Shown: piece after piece, positions 24,301 to 36,700 of the stretch | Position numbering within the stretch: the first letter of the stretch is position 1 | How the letters are laid out: each line of letters begins with the position of its first letter | Assembly (NCBI RefSeq): GCF_964355755.1 | Contig: NC_092671.1 | Span: 3,410,001-3,474,000, forward strand | Direction of reading: 5' to 3' | Source: Antedon mediterranea | Lineage: Eukaryota > Animalia > Echinodermata | DNA length: 64,000 nt | Translations under genes and position numbers: made by a program | The notes under the pieces: generated by a model | Databases searched by the model: none | The model's input: only the letters and a program-made list of their open reading frames with translations | Told to the model about the DNA's origin: nothing

Positions 24301-26610
24301 ACCTCTAAATTAAGGGTGCGTCTTATACACCAAACATAAATGCCTCACCACACAGATTGTACATATCGTCACCTCGTTTGCTAGGCCTGAGTAGGCTAAA
24401 CTAGCTACAGTATACTAACACAACGGCAACCTGCTTCTGCCTAGTTTTCAAGGCATTTTAGATGATGTTATACTAAATATGATGAAAAGATTTGTTCATT
24501 ATGGAGCTGTTGTAGGCGCTCCGATAAAATTTCATTTGTAAACGTTTACGATTGGAATAGCCTAGGCTAGTACAGTATTTATTTATAGTTATACGCACGA
24601 TCACCGTACCGCCAGCGCAAGCCCTTCTTGGCGGCCACATGGTGTACGGTATTCGACTAGTATATTCTCCAGGTAATTATAGCATGGACCTAGCGTACAC
24701 ACTTCTCGGAAACATAGATACTAATCGAATACGATTGTCCGTGAAAACGTGCGCCCTCTCGAAATGATCGAGCAAGGCTAGCCCACACGTACGTACGTGT
24801 TACACACACGGTCATGCACTCGATGTTGCGGGTGCGAAACTCTTGAATAACAAGTTAGAAAGAACTTGTTGAGGCTGGGCGAGGCCGAGCCTAGGTAAGA
24901 AAACACCTAAATAAAGGACGCCGTTGTAGATATAACAAAATATATTATTACAATAATATTGATTACAATTTTAAAAAAAATTGTTTTGATGGAAATATAA
25001 GGTGCGTCTTATACATCGACGATATAAAAAATACCGATATTTTACTCTCAGTTAGGGGGTGCGTCTTATACACAGGTGCGACTTATACACCGAAATATAC
25101 GGTAACTAGCAAAATGAGCACAACAACTAGTAATCAATTTTTTTATAAATTAATTAGTTCTACAAACAGCTGAGGTTACAGAAATTGGCAGATCTTTGCT
25201 AGATTAAAATGAAACTATTTTTACAAAAATTAGCTAGTTTGTAAAAAAAAATCAACAAGCAAATTGTTTTACAGTATAGTAAATTTTGAGCCCTGAGAAT
25301 AAATTTAAAGTCTATGAGTGACTATTACCAAATTGCACAGTCACTGTATATCAACTCATGTGATGACCATGTAGTTTGTTAAAGTGGATGGTACTTTAAT
25401 TAATAATCAATTACCTTTAAATAAATTAGCTAAATTTAAAAACTGTTAACATCTAAATTTAGAATCAAGTTTAAAAATAACATACAATACATTGATTGGA
25501 TTATCCATTGAATAATAGGAAAAGATAATCTACAGGATGATCCCTTCCTACAGTCTACAGAAAAAGATAATCCTCCTGTCCAATTATTGGAATGTTCTAT
25601 GACTGGGGTAAAAGGTGTTACAAAATAAAAATAAACAAACAGTTGTTTAACTATAAATAAAAAATCTTGATATTGAATGAAGCCGAAATTGATTTTTGTC
25701 TTTTTCGTGGACTGGAACACTATTTTTTAGTCAGTAGACGGGGATGTTATTAAAATTTTCTAGTTTAAACATAATGAAAATCATTGACATGGCATTGTTG
25801 GTTAATTAATTTACCTGTCCAATTGAAGCAGCATAATAATGAATATGGCTTAGAATTACAAAACACGACATTTCAGAAAAAAAAAAACATTTTTCGCAAA
25901 AACAATTCCGTTCCGACAAGATAAAGCCTTTTTATTCTTTTGGCTAAAATGTTTCAATGGAAATTTTAAACGGCAAATTTTAAAAGGGTGAATTACAATG
26001 TGCTCTAGCATGAACGGCACGAGTAAGCTTGATGATCAATCAAGGCTCGCATTGCTTAATGTCAATTGTCAAATTATTTACGACGTTTACGTTGCACTTA
26101 CGTTACGTGGACTTGTAGACCTATGAGAACCAATAAACCAAGCTTTAGGAGACAGACTAACAAATTCTCAAAAACTATAGCCCTAGGAGTGCTATTATTA
26201 TTTAATAATTTAGAATAGACCTTTAGAAAAAAAGATATTTGTGTTGAAATTATACTCCATACATACATATACATAATTCATTAATTGGTGAGTTACACTC
26301 ACATGACAGACAGGGCATTATTTATAATAGGCTTGGCTATTATAGTACACTGTTGAGGCAATAATACTAGAATTTATAAGAGATCGTCGATTCATTCTAG
26401 GATGACTACATTTATCTAACAATTAAAAGGCACACTAGTCCAAGGCCTAAATAAAATACTTACTGCATCCATGTTAACTTCGGGGTCTGGTGGTGTGGGT
26501 GCTGCTGCGGCCAAGATGGTCCGATCCAGGGAACTTCGGCCATGAGAAAAATTCAATAAGAAAACTGTTACTAATAAAACATTATAAAATCCTTGAAAAC
26601 CAGTCATCAT
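18341..26610 (-). CDS. Acid lipase, lysosomal/gastric lipase (LIPA/LIPF) family, 8 coding exons, 412 aa
   Basis: Exons 26610-26464, 23198-22882, 22199-22049, 21519-21427, 21055-20900, 19677-19606, 19017-18949, 18574-18341. Signal-peptide-like N-terminus, [20 protein letters not shown], nucleophile [17 protein letters not shown] (Asp), HMDFIWG (His). Confidence 0.95.
20176..20746 (-). mobile_element. Helentron-associated (DINE-1/HINE-like) non-autonomous element
   Basis: Sub-terminal inverted repeats AACCTCCGCC (20204-20213) / GGCGGAGGT (20735-20743), terminal hairpin GTACTC-CGA-GAGTAC (20188-20202), CA microsatellite, TGACCTTGACC core repeats. Confidence 0.65.
21571..21826. mobile_element. 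MITE family A copy with expanded internal 21-bp minisatellite
   Basis: TAA-AGCTCTG...AGAGCT-TAA; about 7 tandem GGCATACCACTACTATATTTA units at 21639-21790. Confidence 0.8.
24256..25102. mobile_element. Non-autonomous pogo/Tc1-mariner-like element family D, copy 1
   Basis: Perfect TIR CCGTATATTTCGGTGTATAAGTCGCAC, TA duplication, subterminal GGTGCGTCTTATACAC repeats. Confidence 0.88.
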
Positions 26611-27735
26611 AACATTTGACTAATTATTCTAATGTCTTCACAATTAAAAAAAACTATTTTATTAATTGATAGTATCTTTCACGACATCAAAACACAGGCC
26701 TACAGAAATAGAAAGGTATTATGGCCACATCGACTGTAGGCCTAAATCATAAAGTAAACAAAGTGTTGTGGTGGCATGATCGTTGTGTGTAGTAGGTTTG
26801 ACCTCGTCATGTGGGTTTGTATCACGAGATATCGAATCGAAATTTCCATTATTTAGAAGTATTTGAAAAATAAAATATATTTTATATAAAACTTAGTCCA
26901 CTCATAAATATCAATGAATGAAAATATGTTTTTTATTATAATAACACAATTTTTATAATTGCTTATAAATAAACAGTGTAAATCGTGAAATATTTTTCTA
27001 CAAATTGATCCACCTAACACCAATCACCCCTCATAACAAAATAGTACGTTACGGAGGCGCGTCTTCGTAGACCAATCATCTGACCCCAACCTAATATTCA
27101 TAAAATATTAATTATGTCTGTTTATTTGCTAAAAAATAAAATGTAAAGTCTTCCTAAATGCTATTTTCCTTAAAACTATATTATTATTTTGTTATAATGT
27201 GTTGTTACTGCAATGAAATCGGCTAAAATTGGAAATTAAGCATAAATTTAAATATATTATAGATTCGTCGCGTGGCCGCAGCCATCTTGATTTCGTCTTC
27301 CGACAAAGAACAGCAATTGTGATACCCCCTATAGCAGCTAATGTAATTTTCGGGCATGTTCATTATGCCTTTTTTGTTGCCGATTTTTGTGGCGATTTCC
27401 CTCATCGCTGAACTTTGTGTGGGCCGTAGTGAACGTTTGCTTTGACCGATTTCAACGGAACTTTCATCCTAGGGAAGAAGATATATCATATTTACAGTCG
27501 TTAGATAATTTGTATGAATGTGCTCATTGGAATATTCAAAATAATACACATATTCTGGACGTGTTTTGATCAGGTTTTATCGTGGACACAATCCGGAGCA
27601 CAATCAGTGGCTTTTGTCAATGAAATGGGTGCATCATGCACAGAGTTGGTAGAAATTTGAACTAATGCGCCGTTGTATACGTACGTATTAATTTATCAAT
27701 GACCTACACAGAAGAAGAAGTATAATCAAGAAGTA
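26611..27735. promoter_or_regulatory. Divergent promoter region between lipase and ARID2
   Basis: 1.1 kb between opposed ATGs; YY1-type GCCATCTTG at 27281-27289, CCAAT boxes near 27020 and 27071, locally raised CpG. Confidence 0.5.
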
Positions 27736-30700
27736 ATGGCCCAATACTTGGATAAGGATCCGTTCACTTACGAACATGAGAAGCGTACGTTCATGAACGA
27801 CTTGCGGCAGTTCCACATATCGAAGGGGTAAGTCTTATCTTTTCGTTCATCTCAACCTTGTCCCAAATCTTCACTTGAATTTCGCTCCCTATCATTGTTG
27901 TTTTGCTTCATGGGTTTCCTCATTGTTTTCTTTTGTTCCACCAGGACACCGTTGAATCGTCTTCCATGCATTGGGGGTAAAGAATTGGACCTGTATTTGC
28001 TGTATAACAAAGTCGTATCTTTGGGAGGATTTACAAAGGTTTGTTGTTTCATTGGAAGGTTATTTATAATATCATGAACAAGTTCTTAATCTTAATCATT
28101 GTCTGGGTTGTGGTCAGGTTGTAAACAAAACACAGTACATTACACTTTATCATTTATGCATGCACATTGTTTTTGTATCTCATTCATGTTATATTTTGGG
28201 CTGCAGCGGAGAGGGCTATATAGATTGTTCGATCCAAAATTGGGTGTATGTATACTCTCCAGACAAACATCTGCCTGCCTTTGTTTTAATTTTTTTACCA
28301 TCTGTACATTATATTTTATAATTATTATCACAAATGTTAGCGCAGAGTAAAATTCCGATTTATAATGTACAGTAGTTCCATTTTTTATTAATGTTAAATT
28401 GTCAGTTTACATGCAAAGTGTTGATGTAGATGGAATTGTTTACGCACATTAATTACACACCTTTTTTTACAGGTGATGACCCTAAAGATCCCATTTTGAT
28501 TTATAACTGTAAATGTTGGTCATTAATTGAGGTTAATACATACATTTATTCCTGACATAATGAAAGAAAATATAGCATTTTACAGTGTTATAGCAAAAAC
28601 TGATGATGAATGTGTAGTAGTGCCAACTACTGTATAATTAGTTTGATTCAATTTTCATTTACTAATGCAAGACGTTTCATTCTGTAAGCTTTACAGTACA
28701 TTTAGTAGGGAGGTTTCGCAACCTTACGAATACGATAACGAAAACGGATACGTCATACATTTGTGAAACTTTTGAGCTGATCCCCATTTCACATTCGTAA
28801 AGCGTATTCGTGTTGACGAATATCACCAGTCATACTGTATTCGTAACTACAAAACGAGTATAGTTTTTGATCTATTAATTAGGAATGATTCATGATTATA
28901 ATATAATTATAGATTTATTGAAAGTAATTTACTAAAGTAATTTACTAAAATGCCAGGTCAATTTAGATAAATAGCAGTTTTTAAAGTCCTCACTCGCTTT
29001 GATGTTACGCTAGGCCTAGGCAGCCAAGCACCAAGCAACACGTACCTTCGCTTCGCTCAAATTTACCGCAGTAATATTTTGGACGCGCCTCAATATTTCG
29101 TTACCATGCGAAACAGATTTTTTTATGGCTTACGAAAACGAATATGTGTGCGTGACGTATCCGTTTTCGTTATCGTATTCGTAAGATTGCGAAACCTCTC
29201 TAGTATCTAAGCCTTAAAAGGTTTAGCTACACTAACTGTAAACTACAAATGTCCATGGAAGTATTTTAGTTTTTGTAAGTACCTAGCATTGGAGGGCCTT
29301 TAGTAGTGCTAACCAGGGGCTGCCGCCTGTGCCTCCTGTGTTATAGTATACCATACTATAACACAGGAGGCACAGGCGGCAGAATGCCACTGTTTACAGT
29401 ACAAAAGGTCCACTTGAAATTGTAAACCTTGCAAGTCCGACACAAACATACTATTATACAGTTAGACAATTTACAAAAGGTTATTCCACTAGTCAGTTTT
29501 GTGGGATCTTTTTTCTATCAGTTTGAGTAGGTAATATCAAGCAGTTTCAAACAGCTACAGTACAGTAATATAGTTACAGTTAACTAACTGTTGTAATTAA
29601 ATGACCAGGCAAATATATTTATATACCCCTACCTAAGTACCTGTATAAAGTACATTCTGAAAATTTTGAGATCACTTCCTCTATGCCACTTGCTTACAAC
29701 TGCAGGTATATTTCAATAACAAACCATGGAAGAAAATACAATTCATGAACAGATATTTCTTTATAATGATTTCAGAGTCTGACTATTTAGAAAACAGTTA
29801 CAATAACATATACTGTAGTATTAATATAATTGAATTAATCAATACATTGAAAAGATCCTGAAATGTCTTGATGTGAAATACTAGATGTTTTGCAACTGTA
29901 GTTACTACAGTACTAATACTATACAACAAACTAATATTAAATTTATTATTAAAATAATTGTTGTGAGAATTACATTACATGACCGTATGTTCTTGTTTGT
30001 GTCATGTGCATGCAACATGGTTTATGCAAATGAGGCTATGATTAGGGGATTTCCCCAACCTTCAGTTGTGGCCAATGACCATCATGATACCAGCAAGCTT
30101 CCCTTTGGCTTTGTCTTTGGCAAACTTTCAATTCACTGTGTCAAACAAGTCAGTGTTTTGTGCAGTATTATAATATTGCCTAAAAAATCTGCTATTTTGT
30201 ACAGTGTGTTTAGTAGTTGGCAATGGGTTGCAATAATAAATGCCAAATATCATATCTGTTTACATTGTTTTTTAGAACATTACACTTAGTATTTCTAGAG
30301 AAAGTGAAAGTGCTAAGTTTCCAATGACCCATTGCCATTTGTTGTTCACACAACTTTTCTACAGTATTTATACTGTAGCCTCTTACAAAAATCATATTCA
30401 CAATGGAACACTGTTGAATACATTTCAGCTGTACTGTATTATCCTGGAGCATACTGTGTACAGTTAGTCCATCTATGATCCTGAAGTATACTGTACAGTT
30501 AGCCTATCCTGGAGCATACTGTACAGTTAGCCCATCCTGGAGCATACTGTACAGTTAGCCCATCCTGGAGCATACTGTACAGTTAGCCCATCCTGGAGCA
30601 TACTGTACAGTTAGCCCATCCTGGAGCATACTGTACAGTTAGCCCATCCTGGAAAACTGTACAATACAGTTAGCCCATCCTGGAAAACTGTACAGTACAG

Positions 30701-33700
30701 TTAGCCCATCCTGGAAAACTGTACAGTACAGTTAAGTTAGCTCTGTCTACACTATCAAACTTTATGTGACAAAAAATGTGATGTGCCCATAACATATACA
30801 GTATGAACATGATGATGTCATATAACTACTACATTGGCGTGTTAAATGATACATTACATTTTTACCCAGATATGGGTGTGGCTGGTATGCACTGTACTAT
30901 GTAAAAAACAGCAACAGTGAAAAAAGAAATTGTGGAGAATTCTTTAAAATTAAATCAAATACTGTACAAGTTGTATACAAGTGCTGTTAGTAGGGACATG
31001 TTAACTTTAATGAATGACGTCAACATTCTACTCATTTTTATAGTAACAGCGTACAGTAGTTCAGCAACAGTTGCAATAACGTAATTGTTTGTTTTGATTT
31101 AGCTTCGATGGAAAGTATAGAATGCAATGCATGTGTTGCGCACACAAAATACGCCACTCTTACTCTTACTGTACTAAAATCATGGAATACCTTGGGCCTA
31201 GAGACTAGGCCTAGCTACTGTAGGCATGTTTAATCATGCATATTGGATGATACAGTAAATAGCATATTGCGATGGACATTTTATTTTTTGGTTTCATTAA
31301 AAACATAATTTTAAAATTACTGTACCCTTCGGTTAACATTTTTCATTTAACGCTATTTTTTCAGTTCTTGAAGCACATAACTAAAGTTTTTCGTAATGCT
31401 TGCGCATGCGCAGATCGATTTGTTTACAAAGGGGGTGGAAGGGCGGAGCTTGCACGTTGCATGTTGGGAAATAGCGTTAATGTTGACATTTTACGTGCAC
31501 CTGAGAAAGCTTCCTAATGTTACCATTGTCTTGACAGAAAAAAAAAACATAGAATAATTTAAGTACTGGATTTCAAGGTGAAGATCATTTTAATATGTTT
31601 TACATTTATGACTAACTGTCAGTGTCAATGACATCTTCTTGACATTTAAATCAAATTAAATGCAAATGGGATTTTTTTTGTGTGTGATATTAGAAATAGC
31701 CAGAAACCAAATTTATATCCAAGGAAGCCTATTATGTTTTTTCTTCTTTATACTATTATGGAATCAATTTTCTGACTGACAATTAGGACGTTTTGACCAA
31801 ATTTCTGGTTTTTATTAATGTATGTTAATTGTTATACAGTACAGCTATGGGTCTGTTTAGGCTTTGTTATTTACCCAGGTAAAGTTGATACCTGCCTATC
31901 CACCAAAGCTGTGCCCATGAAATCAATAAACCCAGTTCAATAATTAAGTCTGAATGTGCCCTCATAGGATACATTATCCTTTTAATGTCATGTGGCATTC
32001 CATACCAATTTTAATATTTTTACTGTAAGACAAAATATTACTACACTGTAGAACCCTAAAGTGTCTCCTTAATAGAGATCAGCTGTTATACTGTATGTAG
32101 TGTTGTGTTGATTACAATTTACATTGCCTCTCATTCATTTCATAACATTAAATGGAATATCCCCTGAATAGAGATGGACCGTGGTGTTGTACTGTATATT
32201 GCCCCTCGTTTCACAATGTGTCTCCTTAATAGGCGTGTTCCAAAGGAAGGATATTGTATTTTACAGAAAGAAAATAAAACAAATTATTTACAAATTAATT
32301 ACAATATTAAAATAATTATCTACTAGTTGCATTGTAAATTATGTTATCTGCATATATGCAAATATCCACTCAAGTTCAAATAGCTCATTTCAACTAATGA
32401 TCAATAATTATTAGTATCTGCAATATGACTAATATGCTTGTTTCCAGGAGACCTTTGACCTTCCTTAACATAAGTGAGAATGCTGCTAGTAGTGTTATGG
32501 TAACATTCTATTTAAAGCTACTGTAGCTGTCCATTAGAGTAATTCACTCTACACAGGATGGATGTCTTCACTACAGTACATGAGACTGAGAATGTGTTAG
32601 GCATTAACTTGCAATTAGTGAGAGGACCAATCATGATAGACATTATCAAATTGTTGACTTTTATTTTATGGATGGATGATTCGGCACGAAATCTCTGATA
32701 ACAGTAGAACTGTGAACACATTCTTGGTCTGGGCAACACTATAACTGTTTACAAAATGATTGTTTACAAAAATCAAGTCAATGCCTTGCCATTACATTAT
32801 TTTATAAATATATTTTTTGTTATCATTAAAATAATGAATCTCTAAAAATACAGTAGAGCACATACAGGTACAATAAATTACAATCAAATTACTTACAGTA
32901 TCATCAGGTAATTTATTATGAATAGAGAGCTACAGTAATTAAATCATTTTTAGTACATTATTTATACTACAAATTTAAACGGCCAAATATGAAAGCCATT
33001 ATCCAGCGCAGTTGAGTAGTCTGCATACTACTGTATGGTACATAGTAATGAGTGAGGGTAACATTTGTTTTAATTTATATTTTTAAATCATATTTTTGTT
33101 TATCCATTTTGTTTGAACATTGAATTTTCATTTCTTTTCATTTCAGGTTTCTGATCAAGAACTTTGGGAAAGTTTATTAGAATTTTTTGGCTTGCCTGCT
33201 TTTTGTGGACAAGGTGGCTATGCTCTGAGGAAAATTTACACACGGTAAGGAAAAATTGTTTATTGATCCATCATAAATAAATAGACAAATACTAAATTTA
33301 AAGAGTATAACATTTCAACATTTACACTGTAAAAAATATGTTATAGATTCTTTTGCCTCATGTTTTATTTTATTAATTGCCCAATCAATTTATTCCATGT
33401 AGGCCCATGTTACATTTTTAGGGCCCAAAAGTCAAATTCTGAATCTGCCAATTATTTATTTAAGAATTGATTTCTGTCTCTTTTCCATTTTTCAACTTCA
33501 TACAAAAGTATGTTTTCACCTAACTATTTTTACCTAGCTATTTTTTACCAATAGTGCATCGTTTCAATACAGTAGGCTATATTCTGTGTGTAAATATTTT
33601 ATGTATTTCTGGCTCACGTACACACAAACGCAAAGATGTGTAAATTTATACACTTGAAAATGAACTAAAATGAATAATTTGCTCAATTTTAATTCTTGAA

Positions 33701-36700
33701 TTGAATACAGTATCTTCTTTCTTTTAATGGGTTTTTATGTGAGATGTTTGTTATTCACTTTTGAAATCCTGTAAAATCCCAACTATCATTAGGGAAAAAA
33801 ATACATGTAGTTGTTCCGTTATGTTCTCCCTCCCCCAGTACAGCAGTAGTTAAGTATTTTTTTCATGATTTTGTTTATTAAAAACTGTTTCTGGTGTTAT
33901 GTTACAAGTACACATCATTGTCACATTTTTAATAAAACCTTTTATGTAGTAAAAACAGTTATTCAAATACCTTGGACTAGAAACGTGAGCTATCATAAAT
34001 AGCTTACAATACTAGCCTGTATTTTATGTACACTCTGTATTGCTTGCATTTAAAATGCACACACATAAATATAGCCTAGAGAGAATACTATGACCTCTTG
34101 TCGTGACCTCTGCTTCAGACCTTTTTAGCCATTGTACATTGAGGCATTTCTACAGCTGGAATACATATTGTCAACGTTGATTAAATTTTCCCCTCCAGAC
34201 CTTTCTGGTATTTTCATCACTTATTTAAAATTCTATTTATAATAATATGTTGAACAATAAGATATTATTCATAATTAGAATTCAAAGATTACAAACTGAA
34301 TATAAATTGATATACTGTATATGAACATCTGTTTGCTGTTGGTCGCATTTTTTTTTGTGTACATAAAGATATATTTTTACTTAGGGGATTTTTTAGATTT
34401 TTTTTTACAAATTCAGTGTTGTTTACTTTCTCGTGAATTAAGAACCTATTTTAAGTACCTTTTTGCTTTGAGAATTTCTAGGTTTTGTAAGAAATACGTT
34501 TTCTTTATCTTTATAATATTATTAGTTTCAATAACTGGTACAGTAGGTACAGTTGAGAGTTCTGTGTTTGTTTATGCATTTTATGGTATTAATTACTATT
34601 AATGTAATGTAATTTATTAACTATAGATTTACTTATATAAATAACATTAAATCAACCAACTGTTTAAAATTGTGGAATTGTGTAAATTTATTTATTGTCC
34701 AACACCAATCTATAGTCGCCTTCATTTTAAAAGTTTGTACAATAGTTATACGTGCTAGGCTCGCACTGGCCGATCGCCAAGTCGCCATAGGCGAAAACGT
34801 TTCTAGATTGGTGAAAAATAAAACGGCTACTTTAGCCATTTTGGCGATGACATTTGATAAAATAGATAATTCAATAATCATTTTGGCGAAAGCATAAAGT
34901 CCAACTAAAAGGTCCATTTGTCGATCTCCAAGCATTTATTTTGTTCGTTATCACGTTGTTTACTTCAAGCTCCATTTTTCGTCAACTTGTTTCGTTGTAC
35001 CAGGCGTCTCTTTGTTATTTCAAAAAGATGGAGATACTGTAGCAGAGGTAGACTGCACGTGCACAGAGAGACAGACGTTACACGACACATGGATGATGAA
35101 GTCTACCCAAACTATCACGTGTTGTGCGCTGCACAAACGATTGACTACGTAGCCGACGGTCGGCTAATTACCGGGATTGTCTATTTTTTGATAGGGGTGT
35201 ACTTTTCAGATTAAAAAGAAACATTATAGTATCTTCGATGAATTACGTCTTAATCTTATCGAAATGAAAAATGTATGCGTTATGCATTTTAGAATCTTCC
35301 AATTTAATGTAGTTTCATATTTTACCCTTAATAAACTTCCCTCGTGCGTCAGTGTAACAAAACAACATGCGGGAAATGGTAGAGTCTAACGGGGATTTAG
35401 CTAAACACACACGTGGATCTAAGCGGGGCCGGCCGCCGGCTTCTGTGTTGTTGTGTAAATAAATAATAATCGGGATAAATTTCTCGCCCTGACAGAAACG
35501 CTTCGGCGCAGCCTTGAGAAGGGATGGAAAGACGTGTACTCTGTGCTTTGGCCTACAGTATATTATCCTACGTTTAACAACGATACGAGTGTTCGTTTGC
35601 TAGGAATTTTCCTCAATATTTTTAGCATACGATATACCGTTGCGTTGTTGTACATAATTTTGTAGGCCTAGGCCGGCAGTTCTGCACTTTCGCACCTCTT
35701 GAGCATACCCAATTTAAAAACATTAACCCGCTGCGCGGCGGTGATTCTAGGACACGATTTTCGCCTGGTACGCCATGGAAGCCGTCACACGCAAACATGA
35801 CCAGCCAAGCGTAAAAAAACAAAAGTAACATAGCGTTCAGGGGATTTCAGAAAACTGTAAAATGTTTCTTATTAAATTGATAACTGTATGAATGCTGTAT
35901 GATTAAAAACAATTTGAACAATTGTTTTGATCATTTAAAAAAAATGATTTTTTTAATCATACAGTGATTTAGGCATGGTGCTACCCCAGACGTGTGTAAC
36001 AAGAAATTGTCTAGGCTACATCCATAGAATACATTAATTATCTAATAATTAAATTTATTTTATTTCAATACATTAAATCTTATTGTAAATTCAATATAAA
36101 TTTTAGTTCTGTTAGGTATCCCAATGAAAAAATTCAGATTAATTTTTTTTACTTTTTCTTTCAGTTAACCATAAAGAACTTAATGTAATTAGCATTTTAC
36201 AATTTAAATGATTGAAATCCGATTACCCGTTCTAAAGTTATGGTTATTTAAAGTGGTAACAAATATACGAATTTTTGCCTAAAAATTGTGTTTTTTGCAG
36301 TTAAAATTGGAAGCATTTTTAAAAGGTTATAACTTTTACAATAATTAGTTAAAAGTTTTGAATTTTGTTAAACCTATAGATATCACAGAGTTATACAACT
36401 TTTTTTTTTTTTGGTGCCTCAACGAAACCTATTTTTTAAATTATTGGTCCGCAAAGTGGTAGGAAAGCATTTAGTGTCCATTTTTGCTGGAATTCCCTAA
36501 AAAATGAAAATACTGCAATTTTTCAATGATCTGTAACTTTTGAACTACTGTACTAATTCATTTAATTTTTTTTGTACTTGTTAGAATGTAGTGTAAATTT
36601 CATTAATACATATATTTTAGATGTGTATATGAAAAAAAAATAATTTTTTAATGGTGAAATTTAAAATTATAAAAAAAAAAATATGAAAAAGTATGTTAAA

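Noticed and set aside
30440-30733. CRISPR-like array
   Set aside because: Units are head-to-tail with no unique spacers, in a eukaryotic intron, no cas genes.
34321-35831. Cluster of 70-100 aa ORFs as a nested gene in ARID2 intron 3
   Set aside because: No recognisable domain or consistent splice pattern; overlaps transposon-like sequence.
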